This document shows, piece after piece, positions 1-10,651 of a DNA stretch of 64,000 nucleotides. The stretch covers positions 806,001-870,000 of the forward strand of contig NZ_JMCB01000006.1 in the NCBI RefSeq assembly GCF_000737315.1. Reading direction: 5' to 3'. Position 1 is the first letter of the stretch. Each line of letters begins with the position of its first letter. This DNA comes from Hyalangium minutum (GTDB lineage Bacteria; Myxococcota; Myxococcia; Myxococcales; Myxococcaceae). The notes beneath the pieces were generated by a model. It did not search any database, was not told the origin of the DNA, and saw only the letters and a program-made list of their open reading frames with translations. The position numbers and the translations under genes are program-made.

Positions 1-164
1 GCCAGTATGCCTCCGTGCGCGACATGCGCATCGACAAGGCCCAGGTGGGAAGCGCCCAGGTGTTTCGTCCTGAGGGGTGGATCGTCTCTCTGATCGTCTC
101 TGGGGAGCTCAAGGACGCCTTGGAGCGCATGGGCGCCACAGGCACGAGGTTCGAGGAAGTCTAA
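1..164 (+). CDS. Imm11/DUF1629-like immunity protein, 3' end only (truncated by window edge)
   Basis: Frame 3 reads QYASVRDMRIDKAQVGSAQVFRPEGWIVSLIVSGELKDALERMGATGTRFEEV*, nearly identical to the C-termini of 1600-2163 and 27318-27881. Confidence 0.85.
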   Translation, partial: QYASVRDMRIDKAQVGSAQVFRPEGWIVSLIVSGELKDALERMGATGTRFEEV

Positions 165-225
165 GTTCGAGCTGGGGTGCCTCACAACACGTGGGCGGCG
201 CGGCCTTTAAAAGTAGGAGTCAGCC

Positions 226-1590
226 ATGAAGCAGAGGCAGGTGCAGTGCAGGGCCGGTGCCTTGCTCCTCGCGTTTCTCGTGGGATGCAGCAGTGTTCCG
301 CGAGTCCCCCACGTGGAGCAGGCCGCCCCGGGTAAGGCCGTCGTCCACATTCCGCGCGCGGCGGAGCTGCAGCTCGTCGTGGTGGACAAAGAGGAGTTCC
401 AGAAGGCCATTCGCAGGCTGGCGCGCGAGGCGCGGCTGTCCGGCTCCCCGCGACAGACGGTGGAGCGGATGTTCCGGATGGACGCGCAGTTCGGTAACTA
501 CCTCTACCTCTTGAGGGACAAGAAGCTGGTGCCGGCGGGGCCAGGCGAGCTGCTGGAAGGGACGCTGACGAAAGAGGACTTGGAGACGGCCGAGCGCTAC
601 CGGCTGTGGTGCCGGGACGTCCACGGCTTCTACGGCGACTGTCTCGGGGGAGCGCTGGTGGCAGGGCGCTACCTGGACATGCACGGCCGCTACATCTGGG
701 CGTTGGCGCTGAGCAAGAGCCCGGTGTTGGAGGAAATGAAAAAGGCGTTGGGGGAGATGGTGCAAGTGCGCGCCCTCATCAACACAGTCCTATGGACGCT
801 GGGTTCCATGCTGCTGATCCTCGCGCTCAACCCCGTGGCTCCTGCGCTGGTGGCGGTGGTGGGCCTGGGGCTGGTTCTGTACGTGGGCGTGGACACGCTG
901 CAGAACCTCGTGTCCGGCTGGCTCGAGTTGATGGAGGAGGTGAAGGTGGCCAACACCTTCGAGCAGCTCCGCGAGGCGGGCGAACGCTTTGGGAAGATTC
1001 TCGGGCGCGAGGCGGCCCGCGCGTTCGCCATGCTGTTGATGGCGGCCATTGGCTCGACGGCGCAGCAGTTCGCGGCGAAGGTGCCGACACTGCCCGGTTC
1101 GGCGCAGGTGGCCGTGCAGGCCGAGGGTGTGGCAGGAATCCCGCTGCCCGCGTTGGGTGCAGTGGAGGAGTTGGCGCTGGCGGCCGAGGGCGTGAGCGTG
1201 ACGGTGGCCGCCACGGCGATGACCATGGGGGCCAGCGGCAGTGGCGGCACGAGCCCCTGCATCGAGACGCACCACATCGCTACCATTTGCAACGACACCT
1301 CCACCGCGCGTGGCGGGCCATGGACGCCGCGGTTCCGAGTCATCTTCGCCAAGGCGGGAATGTCGATGGATGACCCGGCGAACAAGATGCCGCTGCCGGG
1401 GCACTATGGGCCTCACCCCGAGCGGTACCACCAGATCGTCTATGATGAATTGTTCACGGCAACGAGTACTTGTCGCAGCATCTTGGACTGCCGTGAGAGG
1501 TTGACGCGCGCCCTTCGGGTTCTGGCGAAGGATATCTCCACACCAGGAACGGAGCTGAACCAGCTCCTGACCCGCCCATCGCCTCGTTAG
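226..1590 (+). CDS. Lipoprotein polymorphic toxin, SitA5-like N-terminus with C-terminal AHH (HNH/EndoVII-fold) nuclease
   Basis: RBS AGGAG; lipobox LVGC (Cys21); hydrophobic central helices; C-terminal THHIAT...NKMPLPGHYGPHPERYH; followed by an immunity-type gene. Confidence 0.8.
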   Translation: MKQRQVQCRAGALLLAFLVGCSSVPRVPHVEQAAPGKAVVHIPRAAELQLVVVDKEEFQKAIRRLAREARLSGSPRQTVERMFRMDAQFGNYLYLLRDKKLVPAGPGELLEGTLTKEDLETAERYRLWCRDVHGFYGDCLGGALVAGRYLDMHGRYIWALALSKSPVLEEMKKALGEMVQVRALINTVLWTLGSMLLILALNPVAPALVAVVGLGLVLYVGVDTLQNLVSGWLELMEEVKVANTFEQLREAGERFGKILGREAARAFAMLLMAAIGSTAQQFAAKVPTLPGSAQVAVQAEGVAGIPLPALGAVEELALAAEGVSVTVAATAMTMGASGSGGTSPCIETHHIATICNDTSTARGGPWTPRFRVIFAKAGMSMDDPANKMPLPGHYGPHPERYHQIVYDELFTATSTCRSILDCRERLTRALRVLAKDISTPGTELNQLLTRPSPR

Positions 1591-1599
1591 AAGGAGATC

Positions 1600-2163
1600 A
1601 TGCCACAGCGTTTTTTCAGACTCGCCGACGATGTGCGGGCTGCCCACCGCTGGCATCTCGATACGCCGAAGGACCGTCAGGGCCACACGGTGGATTACAG
1701 AGACTTCAGTCGTGGAACGCCTGTCCCGGCCAAGGACCGCTTGCGAATTCCCGTCGAGATCTCGGGCAACCCGCTGGACTACACAGAGGCGAACGTGAAC
1801 ATCCCAGTGGTTCACGTCCGCGTCGCGTCCGTGTTCGCGGAGCTGGCCCCTGCTGATGTGCAGATGATCCCGGTGGATGTGGAGGACCACCCAGACCAGT
1901 ACCTCATCCTCGTGGCCACACGGCTCATCCGCTGTATCGACGAGAAGGCATCTCGTATCCGTCTCTGGACACACGAAGATGGACTCCCTGCGATGGTCGG
2001 CCAGTACGCCTCGGTACGAGACCTGCGTATCGATAGGGCCCAGGTCGGAAGCGCCCAGGTATTCCGGCCCGAAGGGTGGACCGTCTCGCTCATCGTCTCC
2101 GGGGAGATTCATGACGCCCTGGAGCGCATGGGCGCCACAGGCACGCGGTTCGAGGAGGTCTAA
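1600..2163 (+). CDS. Imm11/DUF1629-like cognate immunity protein
   Basis: RBS AAGGAG 9 nt after toxin stop; IPVVHVRV, YLILVATRLIRCIDE, LRID and LIVSGEI motifs typical of myxobacterial Imm11 proteins. Confidence 0.8.
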   Translation: MPQRFFRLADDVRAAHRWHLDTPKDRQGHTVDYRDFSRGTPVPAKDRLRIPVEISGNPLDYTEANVNIPVVHVRVASVFAELAPADVQMIPVDVEDHPDQYLILVATRLIRCIDEKASRIRLWTHEDGLPAMVGQYASVRDLRIDRAQVGSAQVFRPEGWTVSLIVSGEIHDALERMGATGTRFEEV

Positions 2164-2452
2164 TGAGGGTGGTAGCCATCGCGATGTCAGACTGAGGGAC
2201 TACTCCTGGGGCTGCTCTGTCCCAGGAGGCTGTCCTGAGTTTCCCCCTTCCCATTCTCCACTGCTCTGAGCCCCCGCAGGACTGTGTTCCCGAGGAGGAG
2301 GTGTGCTCGGTGGACTCGAAGGTTCCCTGTGAGCCGGGCGGCGTCCAGAGTCCCGTGCCCTCCCCTCCTCATAATAAGGAGGAGTGCCCCCGCAGCAGCA
2401 GCACGCGCAGCCTCGTCGATGTGCTCGACGCACTGATGTAGCGCAGCGGCGC

Positions 2453-3526
2453 TCAGCCCACGTTCACCACGCGCGCCATCACCGCGTTGTTGCCGTAGCC
2501 CAGCCGGTTCCACTGTGACGTCTCCGGCTGTGTCTCGCCGGCCTCGTCCGTGGCCCGGGCTCTCAGCGTGTGCCGCCCCGGCTTCGCGTCCTCCCACGTG
2601 AAGGCCCAGCGCACCCATGCCGACGGTTTCGGTTTCTCCAGCAGCGTGGCCGGCTTCCACGTCTCCCCGCCGTCCACCGCCACCTCCACCTGCACCACCC
2701 GACGCTCCCCGCTCCACGCGATGCCGTGCACCACCACCCGGCCCGGTGCCACGCGAGCCCCTTCCGAGGGCGTCAGGATCAGCGACTTCACCCGCATCCG
2801 CGTCACCGGCTCCGGCGCACGGCCGTTGCTCAGGTCATAGATGTAGCGCTCGCGCTGGTAGTAGCCGCTGAAGGGCCGCGTGAGGGCCTCGATGCGCTTC
2901 ACCCACTTCACGCTCGCCATGCCGTACCAGCCCGGGACGATCAGCCGCATCGGTGCCCCGTGCGCGCGAGGCAGCGGCTCCCCGTTCATCTCCAGCGCCA
3001 GCAGCGTGTCCGGGTGCATCGCCTTGCTCACCGGCAGCGCACGGGCGAAGCGCTTGCTCCCCTCCCCGTCCGCTCCTTCCACCAGGATCTCCAGCACGTT
3101 CGGGCGCAGTCGCGCGCGTCCCAGCACCTCCGCCAGCGGCACGCCCCTCCACACCGCCGTGCTCAGCGCGCCCTTGTCCCAGGGCTCGCCCTCCGGCAGA
3201 GGAGACATCGCCGTGCGGCCGTTGCCCGCGCACTCCACGGTCGCCGTCACCTCGCGCAGGGGCCCTCGCGCCAAGTCCTTCAGCCGCAGCGTCAGCGGCG
3301 CCTCCACCGCCCCCTCCACGGTGATGCGGTGGGTGGCGGTGGGCAGCTCCGGCTCGGCGTAGTTGCTGCGCACGAAGAAGGAGTCCGTGGGCGTCCGCGG
3401 ATGAGTCAGCGCCTCCAGCGGTGCCTCCGCGTTGAAGGGCTCGAGCTTCACCGGCACCAGCTTGGCCCGCGTCTCTTTGTGGAGCTCCTCCTGCGCCTCG
3501 TCCCCTGTCCCCTGTTCTCCCTCCAC
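2453..3526 (-). CDS. Sulfite oxidase family molybdopterin oxidoreductase
   Basis: FFVRSN, Mo-ligating VECAGNGR, HGAPMRLIVPGWYGMASVKW, C-terminal dimerisation domain; start uncertain. Confidence 0.9.
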   Translation of the reverse strand: MEGEQGTGDEAQEELHKETRAKLVPVKLEPFNAEAPLEALTHPRTPTDSFFVRSNYAEPELPTATHRITVEGAVEAPLTLRLKDLARGPLREVTATVECAGNGRTAMSPLPEGEPWDKGALSTAVWRGVPLAEVLGRARLRPNVLEILVEGADGEGSKRFARALPVSKAMHPDTLLALEMNGEPLPRAHGAPMRLIVPGWYGMASVKWVKRIEALTRPFSGYYQRERYIYDLSNGRAPEPVTRMRVKSLILTPSEGARVAPGRVVVHGIAWSGERRVVQVEVAVDGGETWKPATLLEKPKPSAWVRWAFTWEDAKPGRHTLRARATDEAGETQPETSQWNRLGYGNNAVMARVVNVG

Positions 3527-3730
3527 GCCCCACCCCCTGCCCGGGAGATGGGGTTCGCCTGTCCAGAGGACAAGGGCCCGCGTTCGCTGGCGGTCATTTG
3601 GAAGGCCAGACGTTCAGTCGCATGCGAGGCGGGTGAATCCCGGTGGACATGGCTGTCTGGACGCTCGCCAGGGGAGTCCACCGTCTGGAGACGCAGCAGC
3701 CCCGCGTCGGTCGTGTTAGTGGGAGGCGCG

Positions 3731-5563
<1,833 letters not shown>

Positions 5564-5780
5564 TCAGCGTCTGATCAAGGTTCCAGCCGCAGTGGAACCG
5601 GATCCGCGGGCGGCCATCGGGAAATTCGAAAAGCCCTGGCAACGGCGGCGCGCTTCAGGTACACGGTCGCCCCGCTCCGGATCCGGCGGTGAGAGACTTA
5701 TCGGGTCGGATCCACCCGTGCTGTCCTGCCAAGTCAGTATGTCCAAGTACGTTCCGAGCGGCGTTTCCGTTCTGTGAGCC

Positions 5781-5896
5781 TGTGGACACGATGAAAGGCG
5801 GCCTGTGGGAAACGTGTGGAGAACTCGCGCTTTTCTGGAGGCCTGAAGGAAATCAGGCACTTGGGCCCCGGGGGCATGTGGAGGATCTGTGGATAA
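5781..5896. promoter_or_regulatory. Cluster of five co-oriented DnaA-box-like 9-mers
   Basis: TGTGGACAC 5781, TGTGGGAAA 5804, TGTGGAGAA 5815, TGTGGAGGA 5877 and perfect TGTGGATAA 5888 (reverse complement of TTATCCACA); two pairs spaced 11 bp. Confidence 0.6.
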
Positions 5897-6542
5897 CACG
5901 CGCTTCTTTGATCAGCTCCAACAGGGGTGTCAGACGCTGGGTGTGAGCGTGGGTGAGGACGTCCCCGCGAAGCTGCTTCGGCTCATGAGTGAGCTGATCA
6001 AGTGGAACGCGAAGGTGAATCTCACCGCCATTACGGAGCCGGAAGAGGTGCTCGAGAAGCACTTCCTGGACTCGCTGGCGGTGCTGCCCGAGGTGGAGGG
6101 CGCTTCTTCATTACTGGATCTCGGAGCGGGGGCGGGCTTCCCGGGGCTGCCGCTCAAGCTGGCCCGGCCGGCCATGGCGGTGACGCTCGTTGACGCGGTG
6201 GGCAAGAAGGTGGGCTTCCTCAAGGCCGCCATCGCCGTGCTGGGGATGAAGGAGGCGCGGGGACTCCATGCGCGCGCCGAGGGCCAGCCCGAGTCCGAGG
6301 GCATTCCGCGCGCGGAGCTGCTCATCGCCCGCGCGTTCATGGACTTGCCGGATTGGTTGAACCTCGCGCCCGCGTACGTGCAGCCGGGGGGGCGCGTGGT
6401 GGCCATGCTCGGCAAGGCTCAGCCGGACACGGAGCTGCACGCGCGCGCGGGTGAGCGAGGCCTCCGGCTGGTTTCCGCGCGCCAGTACCGGCTTCCGTTC
6501 TCGCGGGCCGAGCGGCAGGTCGCCGTCTTCTCGAAGGTCTGA
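5889..6542 (+). CDS. rsmG: 16S rRNA m7G527 methyltransferase RsmG (GidB)
   Basis: WNAKVNLTAI, KHFLDSL, DLGAGAGFPG, ARAF; downstream of mnmG. Confidence 0.96.
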   Translation: MDNTRFFDQLQQGCQTLGVSVGEDVPAKLLRLMSELIKWNAKVNLTAITEPEEVLEKHFLDSLAVLPEVEGASSLLDLGAGAGFPGLPLKLARPAMAVTLVDAVGKKVGFLKAAIAVLGMKEARGLHARAEGQPESEGIPRAELLIARAFMDLPDWLNLAPAYVQPGGRVVAMLGKAQPDTELHARAGERGLRLVSARQYRLPFSRAERQVAVFSKV

Positions 6543-6574
6543 CGAACGTCAGCGCCCGCTTCGCTGGCGGGTGA

Positions 6575-7081
6575 TCAGCGAGCGTTCCACGCCACGGACT
6601 CGGACTGCAGCGAGAGGATCCGCGAAGCCCGGGAGCGCTGGCCCTCCGCCAGGCACGGGGTGGCGCCCGTGAGCGAGAAGGTCGCCGAGGCCGACAGCCC
6701 CACCGCGTTCGTCACCGTGGCGGTGATCTCCGGAGCAGTGTCCGTGAGCATGCACGGTGGCGGCATCCAGACCACTTCGCTCTGCGTGGCCTCGGACACA
6801 GCGGGGCCCAGGGTGCCCGTGTTGGTGGACCAGGTGATGGTGAGCGCGCGCGCTTGTGGATCCGCCGCGACAACGCGGAAGGTGACGCGGTTGCCGGAGA
6901 ACCAGCGCAGCTCGGACTGGAAGGTGCTGGTGATGCGCGGGGCGGCGGAGGCGTCGAGCGGGCTCTCGCGCGGCGAGGTCTGCTGCGCGGCGGGCTCGGC
7001 GGACTGCTGGCTGCAGCCTCCGAGGAGCATGCCCAGCGCCGCCATCAGCCCCCTGCCCTTCCATCCTTTATATGCGTGCAT
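6575..7081 (-). CDS. Putative lipoprotein with Ig-like domain
   Basis: Lipobox LLGGC; beta-rich APRITS...FRVVAADP...TITWSTNTGTL...VVWMPPPC. Confidence 0.6.
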   Translation of the reverse strand: MHAYKGWKGRGLMAALGMLLGGCSQQSAEPAAQQTSPRESPLDASAAPRITSTFQSELRWFSGNRVTFRVVAADPQARALTITWSTNTGTLGPAVSEATQSEVVWMPPPCMLTDTAPEITATVTNAVGLSASATFSLTGATPCLAEGQRSRASRILSLQSESVAWNAR

Positions 7082-7162
7082 GGCGCGCCTCCCGGCTCAG
7101 CGCTCGAAAACGCTGCGCACACTGTAGGAGACGTTGAAGGGAGGGCCAGTTTTCAGCGCGGA

Positions 7163-8764
7163 TCAGCGCGGCGAGTCGGCGATGTCCTGGAGCATGGAGG
7201 GCCGGGGCAGCGGGCACTCGGGGCCGTAGAGCTCGAGCGAGCGCAGGAGCCCCCAGCCTCCGTTCCAGTCGGTGCCCATGAAGCGGACGTAGCGCGCCAC
7301 CCGCTGAGGGAACCACACGCGGCGGGGGACGTTGTTGTCCTGGGGCTCGTTGATCACCGAGTGCAGGGCGCTCCAGCGCACGCCGTCCAGGCTCGTCGTC
7401 ACCGTGCTCTTCGCGCTTGGGCCGAAGCGGGTTTCCCAGGCCCAGTCCAGCACCATGCCGGTGAGGGTGTAGTCGCGGCTGAGATCCACCTGTACCCAGG
7501 CACCGGTCGACTGATTGCTTCGCCAGGCGGTGGCCCGGTTGCGGTCGAACGCGGCGCTGGCCCCCCCCGTCTCGTAGAAGCCCGAGGCGCTCGCGGAGGC
7601 ATAACCGGCGAACTCGCAGTCCCGGGGCTGATGATCCGGTGCCCACTGCTCCTGGACCTGGAGGGACGGCTGCTCGGCGGAGGGGGTGTCCATCATGTCG
7701 GGCGGATGGAGGGAGCCGGAGCCGCGAGCCGGAAGAGGCTGGGGTGGGGGCAACAGGGTGGCGGGAGAGCGGGGGGGCGGCGTTGCCCACCTGCTCCTGG
7801 GGTGTTCTGGGGTGGAGTGCGCGGTGACGCGGCCTGTGGCGAAACCCGCGCCGAAGATCAGCAGCGCGGCGCCCGCGGCCAGGGCCACGCGCTTCAGGCG
7901 GCGTGCGTGAGGCCGGTGGGTTTGCTCGGGGGCCTCGAGGTCGCGCAGGGCGTTGGGGGCGGAGGCGAAGCGCAGCGCCGGATCCACGGAGGTGAGCCGC
8001 GCGAGGAATTCGCGGAACGGGGGGGTGACATCCACGCTCGCGGCGAGCTTCTCGGAGGAGGTCAGCTTCTGCTGCTTCCACGCCGGATCCCACGAGAGAG
8101 CATCCACCAGGGTGACGCCGAGGCCGAAGAGATCCGTGGCGGCGTCCAGCTCACCGTGGGTCTGGTCGGGGGGCGTGTAGCGGGAGGCCTCGGAGCTGGC
8201 GCCGCCGCGCACCCAGGCCGCGCCGAAGTCGACGAGGAACAGGGCGCCATCCGCGCGGCGGATGAGGTTGGCGGGCTTGAGGTCTCCATGGAACACCCGC
8301 GGGGAGCGGCTCTGCAGGTAGCGGAGGATGTCGAGCACCTGGCGGGCGAGCTCGCGGGCCTCGAGCTCGGTGGAGTGGCGGCCGGCGAGCTCGGTCTCCA
8401 GCGGGGTGCCTTCGATGAACTCCTGAACGAGGTAGAGCCGGGTGCCGGATCCGAGGCCGAGCTGGAGCAGGTCCAGGTAGCGGGGGATGCGTGGATGGGT
8501 GAGGCCCTGGAGCTGGCGCGCTTCCTGGTGGAAGGCTTGGAGGGTGGTGGCGGAGGGTTCGGTGGAGAAGGACAGCTCCTTGAGGACGACGAGCCCCTCT
8601 GCATCATCGGCGAGATAGGTGCGGGCAGCGCCGCGCTGGCCGAGGACCTGGCGCACGCGGTAGGGCCCGACTCTCACGGCCACGCCGCAGTGGGTGCAGC
8701 GCTCGCCGGTCGCGGCGCTCGAGCACCCGGGGCAGCTTCCCGCGGGTGGAAGAGGACCAATCAT
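7163..8764 (-). CDS. Membrane Ser/Thr protein kinase with N-terminal Cys motif and C-terminal F5/8 type C (discoidin)-like domain
   Basis: CPGC..CTHC; LKEL, HGDLKPAN, DFG; TM VALAAGAALLIFGAG; AAFDRNRATAWRS...WVQVDL...ARYVRF; start chosen at ATG 8764. Confidence 0.85.
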   Translation of the reverse strand: MIGPLPPAGSCPGCSSAATGERCTHCGVAVRVGPYRVRQVLGQRGAARTYLADDAEGLVVLKELSFSTEPSATTLQAFHQEARQLQGLTHPRIPRYLDLLQLGLGSGTRLYLVQEFIEGTPLETELAGRHSTELEARELARQVLDILRYLQSRSPRVFHGDLKPANLIRRADGALFLVDFGAAWVRGGASSEASRYTPPDQTHGELDAATDLFGLGVTLVDALSWDPAWKQQKLTSSEKLAASVDVTPPFREFLARLTSVDPALRFASAPNALRDLEAPEQTHRPHARRLKRVALAAGAALLIFGAGFATGRVTAHSTPEHPRSRWATPPPRSPATLLPPPQPLPARGSGSLHPPDMMDTPSAEQPSLQVQEQWAPDHQPRDCEFAGYASASASGFYETGGASAAFDRNRATAWRSNQSTGAWVQVDLSRDYTLTGMVLDWAWETRFGPSAKSTVTTSLDGVRWSALHSVINEPQDNNVPRRVWFPQRVARYVRFMGTDWNGGWGLLRSLELYGPECPLPRPSMLQDIADSPR

Positions 8765-9169
8765 CGAGCTTCTTCCTGTGCCAGCCGGCATGAACGGTCT
8801 CCTACCGCGTTCGACGCGGCATTGTCCGCTGGGATGCGGCTGCGGACAAGGCTGCGAGGGTTGCGAGTCTCTCGATGAGCGGGGGCGCGGTGGCGGGGTT
8901 CGCGGATCCGGTGGACAGGGATGCGGGCGCTTCAGGCACGGGCTCACGGCTCGAGTGACGCAGGTTCGTGGATCCACGGTGCGGGTGACACGGGTCGCGG
9001 GTCCCTCGTCTCGGCGCGGGTCCCCCCGTCAGCGGACGGGTCCTCCCGCGCCGGCCGTCCCGCTCTCCCCATGGGGTCCGGTTCGTGGCCCGCGGATCCA
9101 CCTACGGGGGACTGGGGACTCGGGTGTGGAGTGACAGCACGCATATGGCAGCCGCTGTCCATGCACCCC

Positions 9170-9515
9170 TGTTCCACGTGGAACTGCGGGAGCTCACCCC
9201 ACGGCCCACGGACTCAGGGGCCCACCTTCATACATAGGAATGAAGGTTCCACGTGGAACAGCCTGCCCCGCTCTGGGACTGGCACCGGCGCCTCCATGCA
9301 TCCAATCCCCATCATCAAGGTTCCACGTGGAACACCCACGGTCGGGAAGCCGGAGACCTTCAGGCCTCGCCCCCATAGGCATCCGCATGGGGCGCGGACT
9401 CAGTGCCCAGGCTCCATCTCTTCCGGTGTTCCACGTGGAACGTCCAGGCCCCGGATGCGTCCTGTTCGAGTCCGGTACCGGGACCTCTTCAGGGATCCTT
9501 GTTCCACGTGGAACG
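9170..9515. repeat. parS centromere cluster, five 16-bp palindromes
   Basis: Core GTTCCACGTGGAAC at 9170-9185, 9245-9260, 9319-9334, 9427-9442 and 9500-9515, directly upstream of parA. Confidence 0.96.
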
Positions 9516-9765
9516 TCCCCTCCCCGGACCCGCTCAGGGCCGCCAGAGAGGACCTCCGGCGTGCCGCTCCGGCCCCCCTCCGAGGTCATCCGAGAGGTCA
9601 CCGAGCAGGCCCAAATTGGCACTAGATCGGGTGACCGTTTGGTGGCTCAATGCCCCCGCACTTTCGTGCACCGGGCGACTCCCTCACGCGCCGCCCCGAT
9701 GCCCGAAAGCGTCTCGGAACGCAACGCGCACCCCGGACTCCGGGGACGGAATGAGGATGGGCCAC

Positions 9766-10557
9766 GTGGGTCGAATCATCTGCATCTCCAACCAGAAGGG
9801 TGGCGTCGGAAAGACGACCACCGCCATCAACCTCGCCGCCAGCCTGGCCTCGGCGGAGCGCCGCACGCTCCTGGTCGACATGGATCCGCAAGGCAACGCC
9901 GGCAGTGGACTCGGTCTCAAGCGCGACCAGCTCAACGGCACCATCTATGAGGCCCTCCTCAATGGCCGCCCCATGAAGGAGCTCATTCACTCCACCGAGC
10001 TCCGCTACCTCCACGTCGTCCCCGCCACCCCAGACCTCACCGGCGCCGAAGTGGAGCTCGTCAGCCACGAGCGCCGCGAGTTCCGTCTCCGCGAGGCCCT
10101 CCGTCCGCTGGCCAAGGAGTACGACTACATCCTCATCGACTGCCCCCCGTCGCTGGGCCTGCTCACGCTCAACTCGCTGGTGGCCGCCGACTCCGTCCTC
10201 ATCCCCCTGCAGTGCGAGTACTACGCGCTCGAGGGTCTCTCTCAGCTCACCCACACCGTGGACCTGGTGCGCCAGGAGCTGAACCCCTCGCTCAAGATGG
10301 AGGGCATCCTCCTCACCATGTTCGATGGGCGCGCCAACATCGCCAACCAGGTGGTCGATGAAGTGCGCGGCTACTTCAAGGACAAGGTCTTCGGCGTGGT
10401 GGTGCCGCGCAACGTGCGCCTCGCCGAGTGCCCCTCGTTCGGCAAGCCCATCATCCTCTATGACATCAAGTCCAAGGGCTGCGAGAGCTACCTGGCTCTC
10501 GGCCGAGAGATCATGAACCGCGAGGGCAGGAAGCCGCCCGCCCGCAAGGTCGCTTGA
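9766..10557 (+). CDS. parA: Chromosome partitioning ATPase ParA/Soj
   Basis: NQKGGVGKTTT, DMDPQGN, DCPPSLG, VPRNVRLAECPSFG; GTG start with GAGG RBS (alternative ATG 9751/9757). Confidence 0.97.
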   Translation: MGRIICISNQKGGVGKTTTAINLAASLASAERRTLLVDMDPQGNAGSGLGLKRDQLNGTIYEALLNGRPMKELIHSTELRYLHVVPATPDLTGAEVELVSHERREFRLREALRPLAKEYDYILIDCPPSLGLLTLNSLVAADSVLIPLQCEYYALEGLSQLTHTVDLVRQELNPSLKMEGILLTMFDGRANIANQVVDEVRGYFKDKVFGVVVPRNVRLAECPSFGKPIILYDIKSKGCESYLALGREIMNREGRKPPARKVA

Positions 10558-10651
10558 TTCGCTTCCCCCTTCCCAAGGACCCTCAACCTTCCCCTCCACG
10601 CTCCCCGGGGCGTGAGGACCTGGCGCCTGGACGCCACCGTGGAGAGAAGAC

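Noticed and set aside
2200-2433. Cys-rich minus-strand ORF (GCACCCCG) as a RiPP or metal-binding peptide
   Set aside because: No RBS, low-complexity composition and no modifying enzymes nearby
2570-3730. N-terminal 387-aa extension of the 997-aa ORF containing mnmG
   Set aside because: Antisense shadow of the sulfite oxidase gene; MnmG homology and the RBS begin at ATG 3731
6583-6598. Partial parS-like CGTTCCACG after rsmG, and TGTTCCACG at 11999
   Set aside because: Only one half-site matches, which is expected by chance in this sequence
9170-9515. Regularly spaced repeats as a CRISPR array
   Set aside because: Repeats are 16-bp parS palindromes with irregular spacing, and there are no cas genes
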